From Thermoanaerobaculia bacterium (GTDB lineage: Bacteria > Acidobacteriota > Thermoanaerobaculia > Gp7-AA8): a stretch of 64,000 bases of DNA. The stretch is taken from positions 7,729 through 71,728 of the forward strand of contig JBBRNB010000009.1 in assembly GCA_038230535.1 (NCBI GenBank), in the 5' to 3' direction. The notes beneath the pieces are model-generated. The model saw only the letters and a program-made list of their open reading frames with translations. It had not been told where the DNA came from and did no database searches. A program made the translations under genes and the position numbers. Positions 38,941 through 49,177 of the stretch are shown here, one piece after another. The stretch's first letter is position 1. The number at the start of each line of letters is the position of its first letter.

Positions 38941-39798
38941 AAGGGCCGGATCAAATCCCGCCAGTGCCTCGGCCAGCATGCGCTTGGGAGTATCCCTGCT
39001 GACATCCAGGCCGAGGAGGTGCAGCGCGAGGGCCAGCGTCTCGATCACACGTGTTTCGTCGAGCGCGGGCAGCGGCAGAGCACCATCGCGCTTTCCCAGT
39101 TTCGCCCCCTCCGCATTCACGACCAGCGGAAGGTGGGCGTATGACGGTGTCTGCAATTCCAGCGCGCGTTGCAGCGCGATCTGGCGCGCGGTCGACGTGA
39201 GCAGATCGGCGCCTCGGACGACCTGCGTGACGCCTTGCGCCGCATCGTCGACGACGACAGCGAGTTGATAGGCATAGAGGCCATCCGCACGCCGGACGAC
39301 AAAGTCGCCGGTCATCTTGGCGACATCCTCCTCGACGTGGCCCCGCACGAGGTCATCGAAACCGATGACGCCATTCGGCGCGCGAAACCGGACAGCCCGC
39401 GGCCCACGGCCGGGAGGAAGTCCGTCGCGGCATGTTCCAGGATAGACAGGTTCCCGTCTCAACGGTGCCGAGGCTGCTCGCTGAAGATCGGCACGCGAGC
39501 AGCCGCAGCGGTAGACGAGATCTTTTTCGCGCAGAATGGCCAGGGCCTCGTCGTACAGCGGGATCCGTTGCGACTGATGGACGACTTCGCCGTCCCACCC
39601 GAGGCCGTATCGCTCGAGCGCGTGGAGAATCTCATCCGCGGAGCCGGGGACGACACGTGGTGTATCGAGATCCTCCATCCGTAGCAGCCACCGCCCACCC
39701 GCGCGTCGAGCATAGAGCCACGAACCAACCGCCGCGACGAGACTGCCGAGGTGCAGCGGGCCGGTTGGGGAGGGAGCGAAGCGGCCCGTTGGAATCAT
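38923..39798 (-). CDS. gluQ: tRNA glutamyl-Q(34) synthetase
   Basis: GRFAPSPTGPLHLGS, C.CSR...Y.G.C Zn site, YQLAVVVDD, VRGADL, KLGKR; no anticodon-binding domain. Confidence 0.95.
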   Translation of the reverse strand: MIPTGRFAPSPTGPLHLGSLVAAVGSWLYARRAGGRWLLRMEDLDTPRVVPGSADEILHALERYGLGWDGEVVHQSQRIPLYDEALAILREKDLVYRCGCSRADLQRAASAPLRREPVYPGTCRDGLPPGRGPRAVRFRAPNGVIGFDDLVRGHVEEDVAKMTGDFVVRRADGLYAYQLAVVVDDAAQGVTQVVRGADLLTSTARQIALQRALELQTPSYAHLPLVVNAEGAKLGKRDGALPLPALDETRVIETLALALHLLGLDVSRDTPKRMLAEALAGFDPALVSSRA

Positions 39799-39839
39799 CG
39801 AAGCGATGGTAGCGAATCGGGAGCGTAAGATCAGAGACT

Positions 39840-40646
39840 ATGCGAGGCAACGACGAACTTCCCTCTCTCGAGGAGCTCGGAAAAGATCTCGTCATGCTTC
39901 CGGTGTGGCGTCTGGCCTACTCGATCGTCCTTCCGTTTGTTCTCGTCGCCGGGTTTTTCATGCTGGCGGCACACGGACTGTGGATCGGCGCCCTCGCCTG
40001 CCCGGTAATCCTCAGCTTCATCACCTATGGCTCCATCTCCCATGACCTGGTACACCGCACACTGGGGCTTCCGCGCTGGCTGAATGAACCGCTCCTCTGC
40101 GCAATCGAGCTGATCACTTTCCGCAGCGGACATGCGTATCGCTTCACACACCTGCATCACCACGCGCATTTTCCGGCCGTCGATGATGTGGAAGCGCGCG
40201 CCGCGCGGATGCCACTCCCCGGCGCGCTGATCGACGGCGTGACGCTGCAGCCACGGCTGTGGTTTCTCGCCAGGCGCGAGGCGAAGCGGGAGCGGGGCTG
40301 GATCGTAAGCGAAGGGTTTGCCGTCATCCTTCTTCTGGCCGGCTCGATCGCCTTGATTCCCGTGACACCGCTTCCAGCCATCTACGCCGTTTTGATGATC
40401 GCCGGAAGCTGGGTCTTTCCGCTGGTCACCGTCTTCATCCCGCACAACCCGTCGGGTACCAGCGAGCTGACGCAGACGACGCTCTTTCGCGGCCGGGTGT
40501 TATCGATCATCGCGGCCGGGCATCTGTATCATCTCGAGCATCATCTTTATCCGCAGGTACCGCATCACCACTGGCCGAAGCTGGCGCGACGGCTCGATCC
40601 CTATTTCGACCGCCTCGGTATCAAGCCGGTGAAGCTTTTCTTCTGA
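39840..40646 (+). CDS. Membrane fatty acid desaturase family protein
   Basis: His boxes HDLVH, HLHHH, HLEHH.YP; TM segments. Confidence 0.88.
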   Translation: MRGNDELPSLEELGKDLVMLPVWRLAYSIVLPFVLVAGFFMLAAHGLWIGALACPVILSFITYGSISHDLVHRTLGLPRWLNEPLLCAIELITFRSGHAYRFTHLHHHAHFPAVDDVEARAARMPLPGALIDGVTLQPRLWFLARREAKRERGWIVSEGFAVILLLAGSIALIPVTPLPAIYAVLMIAGSWVFPLVTVFIPHNPSGTSELTQTTLFRGRVLSIIAAGHLYHLEHHLYPQVPHHHWPKLARRLDPYFDRLGIKPVKLFF

Positions 40647-40652
40647 CGAACC

Positions 40653-41585
40653 ATGCACGACGACCGCGGCTTCTTCGAGACGTTCATCGGCGACGGGCGG
40701 TCGCTGATCAAGCTGACTGCCATCGCGCTGATTGGCGCAGGCGCGTTTGCGCTCTTTCAGGCGGCGACCGGCCATTTCCTGCCACAAGACACCGACTACC
40801 TCGGCATGACCGCGCAGCAGCTCTGCGCGATTCGAGGATGCCGCATCCTGCACTTCATGATTCATGACCGCGTTTCATTCGGCGGCGTCCTCATCGCGAT
40901 CGGTGTGATGTACCTCTGGCTCGCGGAGTTCCCGCTGCAGAAGCGCGAGTCGTGGGCCTGGTGGGCTCTGGCCATCAGCGGGGGCGCGGGCTTTCTCAGC
41001 TTTCTGGCGTACCTCGGCTACGGCTATCTCGATTCCTGGCACGGCGCGGCGACGCTCGCGCTGCTTCCGCTATTCGTGGCGGGACTGGTGCGGACCCGCG
41101 GATTGCGCGTCGAAAAGATCCGCCGTCCTGCATTGGATGTCCACTCCCGCAACGGAATCGGACGAATCCTCCTTCTGCTCGCGACCTTCGGCATCGTCGC
41201 TGCCGGTTGCACCATCACCACTGTCGGCATGACCACTGTCTTCGTCCCGCAGGACATCGCGTTCATGGGGATTACGCCGGCGGAGATCCAGCAGATCAAC
41301 GCCCGGCTCATTCCGCTCATCGCTCACGATCGGGCCGGCTTCGGCGGTGCGCTCGTTTCGGTTGGCCTGGCTATGTTCATCGCCGTGCTCTATGGATGGC
41401 CATCGCGCAGCCTGTGGCAAGCCCTGGCGGCCGCGGGGCTGGCCGGCTTCTGCACCGCGATCGCCGTCCACCCAGTGATCGGCTACAACGACCTGACGCA
41501 CCTCGGCCCGGCCATCGCGGGTTGCCTCCTCTTCTTCTTCGCCATGGCGATCACGATGCCGAGGCGCGCGCCGCGCCGCGTGTAG
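40653..41585 (+). CDS. Integral membrane protein with two internal repeats carrying conserved His
   Basis: PQD..(Y/F).G.T, HDR.(S/G)FGG and GY.D..H each occur twice; about 8 TM segments. Confidence 0.75.
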   Translation: MHDDRGFFETFIGDGRSLIKLTAIALIGAGAFALFQAATGHFLPQDTDYLGMTAQQLCAIRGCRILHFMIHDRVSFGGVLIAIGVMYLWLAEFPLQKRESWAWWALAISGGAGFLSFLAYLGYGYLDSWHGAATLALLPLFVAGLVRTRGLRVEKIRRPALDVHSRNGIGRILLLLATFGIVAAGCTITTVGMTTVFVPQDIAFMGITPAEIQQINARLIPLIAHDRAGFGGALVSVGLAMFIAVLYGWPSRSLWQALAAAGLAGFCTAIAVHPVIGYNDLTHLGPAIAGCLLFFFAMAITMPRRAPRRV

Positions 41586-41652
41586 GGCCGCCGCCCCCGG
41601 CGGCCTGGCTCTTGGACTGGGCGAAGATGGCCGCCGAGGGCGGCGGCCCTAC
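41582..41652. repeat. Inverted GTAG REP pair supplying the stop codons of both convergent genes
   Basis: GTAGGGCCGCCGCCCCCGGCGGCC ... GGCCGCCGAGGGCGGCGGCCCTAC. Confidence 0.85.
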
Positions 41653-42019
41653 ACGTGCTGGGACAGCGAGAGAATGTTTCCGTCAGGATCCTTGAACCAG
41701 GCCACTTTGTCGCCGGATGGAGCGGTCCAGATGCCCAGCTTGTCCTGTTCGAAGAAGCCGTAGCGCTCGAAGATGACTCCCTTGGCCGTAAGAGCGGCGA
41801 CGTCGGATTCGATGGCGGCGGATTCCCATCCCAGAATCGTGAAGCCGGCGGGTTTGAAGCCGGGCTGGACTTTGGAAACGCGAATCATTGTGCCGTTCGC
41901 GTCGAGCACCATGGCGAAGCTGTCGTTGTGTACGAAGCGGAGTCCGACCACGCCTTCGTAGAACGCTCGCGATTTGTCGAAGTCCAGAGTGGGGATGAAA
42001 CCTACGATCTTGTCCAGCA

Positions 42020-42020
<1 letters not shown>
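41649..42020 (-). CDS. VOC/glyoxalase family protein
   Basis: D.DKSRAFYE...GL, IE.DVA.L..KGV.FE, AWFKDPDGNILSL. Confidence 0.92.
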
Positions 42021-43870
<1,850 letters not shown>

Positions 43871-43938
43871 GATGTGTGGGATTCTATCTGTGTCGGGGTT
43901 GGTTCGCAGCGCAGGCCCTAGGAGGCTAACATTGCGAC

Positions 43939-45279
43939 ATGCCCTCCCTCCCGCCCGGCCCGAAGAGCCGTATCCCCTTCCGATACTTGCGCACCATGCA
44001 GCGCGATCCCATTCCCTTTCTCTCGCGCGCGGCGGCGGAGTACGGCGACGCGGTCTTTTTCCGAGTCGGGCCGCAGCAGATCTTTCTCTTCAATCACCCG
44101 GACCTCATCCGCGAGCTGCTGATCACGCAGCATCGTTCGTTTCACAAGAGCCGGGCGCTGCAACGGTCGAAGGTCATCTTCGGTGAGGGGCTTCTGACAT
44201 CCGAGGAGGAGGTACACAAGCGGCAGCGGCGCCTGGTACAACCGGCCTTTCATCGCGAACGGATAGGGCGGTACGCCGAGGTGATGATCGATCGTGCGGC
44301 GAAACTGAGTGAGCGGTGGAGGGACGGCGAGGTGCTCGACGTCCATCACGAGATGATGGGACTCACGCTGTCAGTCGTCGCCAAGACTCTCTTCGATGCC
44401 GATGTCGACGGCGAGGCTGGTGAGATCGGAGAGGCGTTGACATCGCTCGTCGATCTCTTCCCGGCGCTGATCAACCCGCTCTCCAGCCTCTTGCGGCGTT
44501 TGCCGCTTCCGCAGACGATGCGGTTTCGCAAATCGATTGCCCGGCTGGACCGTACGGTCTACGCGATCATCGACGAGCGCCGGAAGTCGGGCCAGGACCA
44601 CGGCGACCTGCTGTCGATGCTGCTGCTGGCCCTCGACGAAGAAGGCGACGGCAGCGGGATGACCGACCAGCAGCTCCGCGATGAAGCGATGACCCTCTTC
44701 CTGGCCGGCCACGAAACGACCGCCAACGCACTCGCCTGGACGTGGTACCTGCTGTCCCGGAATCCCGCCGCGCTGGCTGAGATTCATCGCGAGCTCGACG
44801 CAGTTCTTGACGGCCGCCTGCCGGCGCCGGACGACTATCCCCGCCTGCCGTACACCGAGATGGTGGTGGCAGAGTCGATGCGGATGTATCCGCCGGCATG
44901 GGCGGTGAGCCGTCTGGCGCTCGAGGACGTGATGATCGGCGAGTGGCTCGTGCCGCGCGGTGCTGTCGTCGTGGCGTCGCAAGCGGTCACGCATCGCGAT
45001 CCCCGCTGGTGGCCCGATCCCGACCGTTTCGATCCGTTGCGATTCACGCCGCAAGCGAAGACATCCCGCCCGAAGCTCGCTTACTTCCCCTTCGGCGCCG
45101 GCCCCCGCATCTGCATCGGCGAAGGCTTTGCCTGGATGGAAGCGGTCCTGATCATGGCCACCCTGGCCCAGCGCTGGCGGCTGGAGTTGGTCTCGCGGGA
45201 TGTCACGCCGCGAGCCTCGATCACGCTCCGCCCGAAGGGTGGCATCACTATGCGCCTCTATCTGCGTCAATCTGCGTGA
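43939..45279 (+). CDS. Cytochrome P450
   Basis: AGHETTA I-helix, ESMR (ExxR), [18 protein letters not shown] heme loop. Confidence 0.96.
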   Translation: MPSLPPGPKSRIPFRYLRTMQRDPIPFLSRAAAEYGDAVFFRVGPQQIFLFNHPDLIRELLITQHRSFHKSRALQRSKVIFGEGLLTSEEEVHKRQRRLVQPAFHRERIGRYAEVMIDRAAKLSERWRDGEVLDVHHEMMGLTLSVVAKTLFDADVDGEAGEIGEALTSLVDLFPALINPLSSLLRRLPLPQTMRFRKSIARLDRTVYAIIDERRKSGQDHGDLLSMLLLALDEEGDGSGMTDQQLRDEAMTLFLAGHETTANALAWTWYLLSRNPAALAEIHRELDAVLDGRLPAPDDYPRLPYTEMVVAESMRMYPPAWAVSRLALEDVMIGEWLVPRGAVVVASQAVTHRDPRWWPDPDRFDPLRFTPQAKTSRPKLAYFPFGAGPRICIGEGFAWMEAVLIMATLAQRWRLELVSRDVTPRASITLRPKGGITMRLYLRQSA

Positions 45280-45311
45280 TCTGCGGATAGGCCTTTAGGT
45301 AGAATCTCCGC

Positions 45312-45746
45312 ATGCATGACATCCATGCGTTGTTCGCCGACTACGCCTCCTACCATCGGACGAAAGGCAACAAGTGGTTCCACCGCTTCGGCATCCCGCT
45401 CATCGTCCTGACGATCTTCGGCATGCTGGCCCGTGTGCCGGTCACGGCCATCAGCAACTTCCGCGTCGATGCTGGCATCCTCCTGATCGCCGTGGCGATC
45501 CTCTACTACCTGATCCTGGAGTGGCGTCTGGCGTTGGCGATGCTCATCGTCTCGATCGCCTTCTACCTGATCGGCGCCTGGCTGCCGATGTGGCTCAATG
45601 TCACACTCTTCGTCCTCGGCTGGATCTTCCAGTTCATCGGCCACAGCGTCTACGAGCACAAGAACCCGGCGTTTTTCCGGAATGCCACGCATCTGATGAT
45701 CGGACCGCTGTGGATATTGAATGATGTGATCCCGGTGGTGAAGTAG
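45312..45746 (+). CDS. Mpo1-like (DUF962) membrane protein
   Basis: Y...H....N...H..GIP, GW..QF.GH..YE...PAF. Confidence 0.88.
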   Translation: MHDIHALFADYASYHRTKGNKWFHRFGIPLIVLTIFGMLARVPVTAISNFRVDAGILLIAVAILYYLILEWRLALAMLIVSIAFYLIGAWLPMWLNVTLFVLGWIFQFIGHSVYEHKNPAFFRNATHLMIGPLWILNDVIPVVK

Positions 45747-45777
45747 GCGCCGAGTGTCCGTGCCACAAGAGGCCTTG

Positions 45778-45846
45778 TCCGCAGATTACGCAGATGAAGC
45801 AGATTAGAGCGTGAGACAAACTCATCTCCGCCTAATCTGCGGATAA
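45778..45846. repeat. Palindromic 9-mer (CGCAGATTA) cassette
   Basis: tccgcagattacgcagatgaagcagatt ... ctaatctgcgga; a half cassette lies at 45260-45288 and a full one at 21347-21426. Confidence 0.72.
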
Positions 45847-45867
45847 GCAAACCCCTACAATAGCTAC

Positions 45868-46557
45868 ATGCAGGCGTACGGCTCCGACCGCGTCCAGAAG
45901 GGCGATGGCGACCAGTTTGTTTTGCTGTCGCGCATCCCGAAACGGTGGATTCCGCGGGTGGTGAAGACGCTCACCACGGCCGAGTTTCCGGGGACGGCGG
46001 TGCTGTGGGAGGAGCGCTACTTCGAAGTCGTCGATGCCGAGCCGCTGCCGCAGGGGGGTGTGCGCTATCTGCTCGAGCCATGGAGCGACGCGCACATCAT
46101 GCGGACGACCGGCCGCTACGATGCCGGCAGTGAGGCGGAGCGGCTCGTCGAGTACCGTGCGCAAATCTCGCGCGAGAGGAAGCGGAAATCGGCGAATGCG
46201 CTCGCTTTCCTGGTGGGTCACTTCCCCGCCGGTGTGCAGGAGGCGATCGGGGGGGAGCTCGGCATCGTTTCGACGCGGCTGACCATCACCTCGGTCTTCC
46301 CGATCTACGCGGTTGTCACTTGCCTGGTGCTTTGGATCGTCAGCGGAATGATGGCCGGTTCGCCGCGTCCACTGCTGGTCTGCATCGTGACCGGTTATCT
46401 GTTCATCGAATCGTCGTTCCGCTTCGCCGTAGCATGGCTCATCGGACGGCCGATCGGCTCGTTCGCCGGAACTCTTAGTTACATCCTCTACTACGTCACC
46501 GTAGCCAACCGTGCCCGCGCGGTCTCGCCTTTTGCGCGAGAGAGGGGGAAGCGGTGA
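45868..46557 (+). CDS. Hypothetical membrane protein
   Basis: 229-aa ORF, host-like codon usage, C-terminal TMs, TACAAT-N6-ATG promoter. Confidence 0.65.
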   Translation: MQAYGSDRVQKGDGDQFVLLSRIPKRWIPRVVKTLTTAEFPGTAVLWEERYFEVVDAEPLPQGGVRYLLEPWSDAHIMRTTGRYDAGSEAERLVEYRAQISRERKRKSANALAFLVGHFPAGVQEAIGGELGIVSTRLTITSVFPIYAVVTCLVLWIVSGMMAGSPRPLLVCIVTGYLFIESSFRFAVAWLIGRPIGSFAGTLSYILYYVTVANRARAVSPFARERGKR

Positions 46558-46641
46558 TGATCAGCAGTGCCGCCCTCGAGCTCCCCGACGCCGAATTTGC
46601 CACGCCGCACGGCGTTGAGTATATTCACCAACTCTTCGCTC

Positions 46642-47046
46642 ATGTCTGCCGCCGAGAACAAGCTGCTCGTTCAGCACATATTCACCGAGCTGGCCAACGG
46701 CAACCCCCGCCCATTCGTGGATAACACGAGCGACGACTTCTGCTGGACCGTCACCGGCACCACGCCGTGGTCGAAGAGGTACGAGGGGAAGCAGGCCGTG
46801 TTCATGGAGCTGTTCCCCACTCTGCGGTCGAAGATGTCCGATCGGATGCGCACGATCCCGGACCGCTTCATTGCCGAAGACGATCTCGTCGTCGTCGAGG
46901 CCCACGGAGAGAACACGATGAGGAACGGCAAGCCGTACAACAACCGCTACTGCTTCGTCATCCGCGTCGCCGGCGGAAAGTTGCGCGAGCTCACCGAGTA
47001 CATGGACACCGCGCTGGCCGTGGCCTTGCTCAGCGACGGCGCATAG
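46642..47046 (+). CDS. NTF2/SnoaL-like protein
   Basis: ENK.LV...F......DD..WT..G...S..Y.GK, IAE.D.VVVE..G......G..Y.N.YC.......GK.....EY.DT. Confidence 0.88.
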   Translation: MSAAENKLLVQHIFTELANGNPRPFVDNTSDDFCWTVTGTTPWSKRYEGKQAVFMELFPTLRSKMSDRMRTIPDRFIAEDDLVVVEAHGENTMRNGKPYNNRYCFVIRVAGGKLRELTEYMDTALAVALLSDGA

Positions 47047-47106
47047 AACGCAACGCCGAGAAGAACGCGGCCGTTCGTGCGCAAGCTGCTGTAGATTCGC
47101 AGTCCG

Positions 47107-48690
47107 ATGCGCCGCCGCTACGTGTTGCTGTTTGCCGCTGTCATCGCGCTCACGCTGATCACGTGGCTGCGCATCCACCTCATCGGTACGCTTCATGACC
47201 AGGGCTACTTCGCCAAGTACCTCATCTTTGGGGACCGCATTCTGGCCGGACAGATGCCGCGTGACCGGCTTGCCGATCTGAGCCCCGGCTATCTCTGGTT
47301 CGTCGTCTCGCTCCGCTGGCTCGGCGCCGGTTTCACCACCATCCGCACGCTACAGATCGTTTTCGTCAGCATTGCCGCGTTGCTCTGTGGCATCGCCGCG
47401 CGACGCTTCGGGACGATCGCGATGATCGTGGCGCCGCTGCTCCTCCTCGGTAACCGCGCTGTCCTGGTCTGCGCCACCGAAGCCGAGCCGGAGACGTTGA
47501 TTCTGCTGTTGGGAAGCGCGGCCATGGCACTTCTCGCGCGGCCGCCCGCCGGCTCCGGGTCATTCTTCGGACTGGCGTCGATCTGCCGTCCGGTAGTGAT
47601 GTTCGGTACCGCTGCGATTGCCGTCGTCGAGCGATCGTGGAAGCTGATTCTCGCCGCCGTCGTGCCGGTCATCATCATGTTGTCGATCAACGCCGCGCTC
47701 ACCGGCGAGCTCGTCCTGATGGATCCGGGGACGGTCTTCTATGAAGGGATGAACCCAAGCGCGACGGGATACGAAGGCGTCCAGCCGCGGATCGTGAACG
47801 ACATCGAGCGCGCGTCGAAGGAGCCTGATTACCTGCATGTCGCCTACAGAATCGTGGCGTCGCGCTCTTCCGGCAGGACGCTGACGCGCGCCGAGTCGAA
47901 CCGTTTCTGGACCGGTAAGGCACTGGCGTTTGCGCGTGAATACCCGGGAGCCGCGTTACGACTCACGCTGCACAAACTGTTCTTCGCGTTTCACAGCCAC
48001 GATGCTCATGACCTGGCGACGATGGCGCGCAAAGACATCCTCCTGGCATCCTGGCCGTTCGTCCCGTTCGGAGTGCTGGTCGCTCTTGCCGGCGCGGGAG
48101 TGTTGCTGGCGCGCGAGCGCCGCCGGGAGTTGCTGCCGTTCGTCGTCTTCGCGCTTGCTGGCATCATCGTCCTGGCCGCGTTCTACGTTACGGCGCGGCA
48201 GCGGAACGCCATCCTCCCTGCGATGGTCATCCTGGCGGCCGCCGGCATCGCTGAGATCATTGCCCGGCGCCACGTGATCGCCGCCGTCGCCGTAGTGATT
48301 GTCGCCATCCTCCTCGGCATCAACGGTCCCGAGCAGATCGAGGACACGAACGGTTGGCGCGGTGCGCGAAACACGTTCGATGACGCCCTCGCGCTGGAGC
48401 AACAAGGCCGTTGGCCGGATGCCGACCGTCTCCTATCGCCGCTCGAAGAGGATGGCTACCGTCCGATCCGGGAGAACCGCGCCGTCTCCTCGGTGGCCTT
48501 CTACCGTGCCCGCGCCGCCCTTCACCTCGGCACCGATCCTCGCCCATTCCTCGATCGCGCCGCCGAGGATGCGCCGGGTAATGAGCATGTTCTGGCGATG
48601 CGAGCGCGCCTCGGGGACGGCAACGCCGGCCGTCTGCTTTTCGCGCTGCATGACAACCTCACGGCTCGTAAGGCACTCGCCGAGCCGTAA
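47107..48690 (+). CDS. Multi-pass membrane protein, GT-C (family 39/PMT-like) glycosyltransferase-like
   Basis: Many TMs, D..YF and SPGY loop, RP, G..FY.G.NP.A.G, FYV..R.R; C-terminal TPR-like helices. Confidence 0.6.
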   Translation: MRRRYVLLFAAVIALTLITWLRIHLIGTLHDQGYFAKYLIFGDRILAGQMPRDRLADLSPGYLWFVVSLRWLGAGFTTIRTLQIVFVSIAALLCGIAARRFGTIAMIVAPLLLLGNRAVLVCATEAEPETLILLLGSAAMALLARPPAGSGSFFGLASICRPVVMFGTAAIAVVERSWKLILAAVVPVIIMLSINAALTGELVLMDPGTVFYEGMNPSATGYEGVQPRIVNDIERASKEPDYLHVAYRIVASRSSGRTLTRAESNRFWTGKALAFAREYPGAALRLTLHKLFFAFHSHDAHDLATMARKDILLASWPFVPFGVLVALAGAGVLLARERRRELLPFVVFALAGIIVLAAFYVTARQRNAILPAMVILAAAGIAEIIARRHVIAAVAVVIVAILLGINGPEQIEDTNGWRGARNTFDDALALEQQGRWPDADRLLSPLEEDGYRPIRENRAVSSVAFYRARAALHLGTDPRPFLDRAAEDAPGNEHVLAMRARLGDGNAGRLLFALHDNLTARKALAEP

Positions 48691-48695
48691 CCACT

Positions 48696-48875
48696 ATTTC
48701 GCGCGCAGCGCTTTGGAGTGCGGTGGCCGCAGCCACCGCTTTGGGAGGGTTGGGGCTCCCGGTAAGCCGAGCAGTGAGATCCAGAAGATGGCGCCGCACT
48801 GATCATGCCGAAGACCACCGCCCATCCCAAAGCGGTGGCTGCTGCCACCGCACTCCAAAGCGCTGCGCGCGAAAT
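48696..48875. repeat. Inverted REP pair (same family as 32015-32154)
   Basis: Arms of about 50 bp: atttcgcgcgcagcgctttggagtgcggtggc...ccaccgctttggga and its reverse complement. Confidence 0.88.
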
Positions 48876-48912
48876 CAGCCAGGAGGCATGCTGATCGCAC
48901 CGTCTCCCCCTC

Positions 48913-49161
48913 GTGGCCGAATTGCAATTCGACGGGCGTCGCCGAGTGATCGAGGCGGATATCTTTTGCCGGCGGCCACGATCTCCTCTCCGCGGTTGTG
49001 CTTCATCGCCACGAATCCGAAACGTCGCCGGTCGAGACGCGGATGAGCGCGCTGGTGAACGACCGTTGGCGCGCGGAACTGCCGGTGCCTACGAGATGAA
49101 CAGCCGGCCGGAGCGGGTTCGTATCCCCCTCCGCGGCGTGCTCGAGCTGCTCGGGCGCTGA
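48913..49161 (+). pseudogene. Chimeric remnant: GlgE N-terminus joined to the C-terminus of maltokinase (TreS-Mak)
   Basis: DGRRRVIEADIF / (frameshift) AGGHDLLSAVVLHRH......MSALVNDRWRAELPV is GlgE N-domain-like; YEMNSRPERVRIPLRGVLELL is Mak/Pep2 tail-like. Confidence 0.72.
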
Positions 49162-49177
49162 TATTCTCCGCCTCCCC

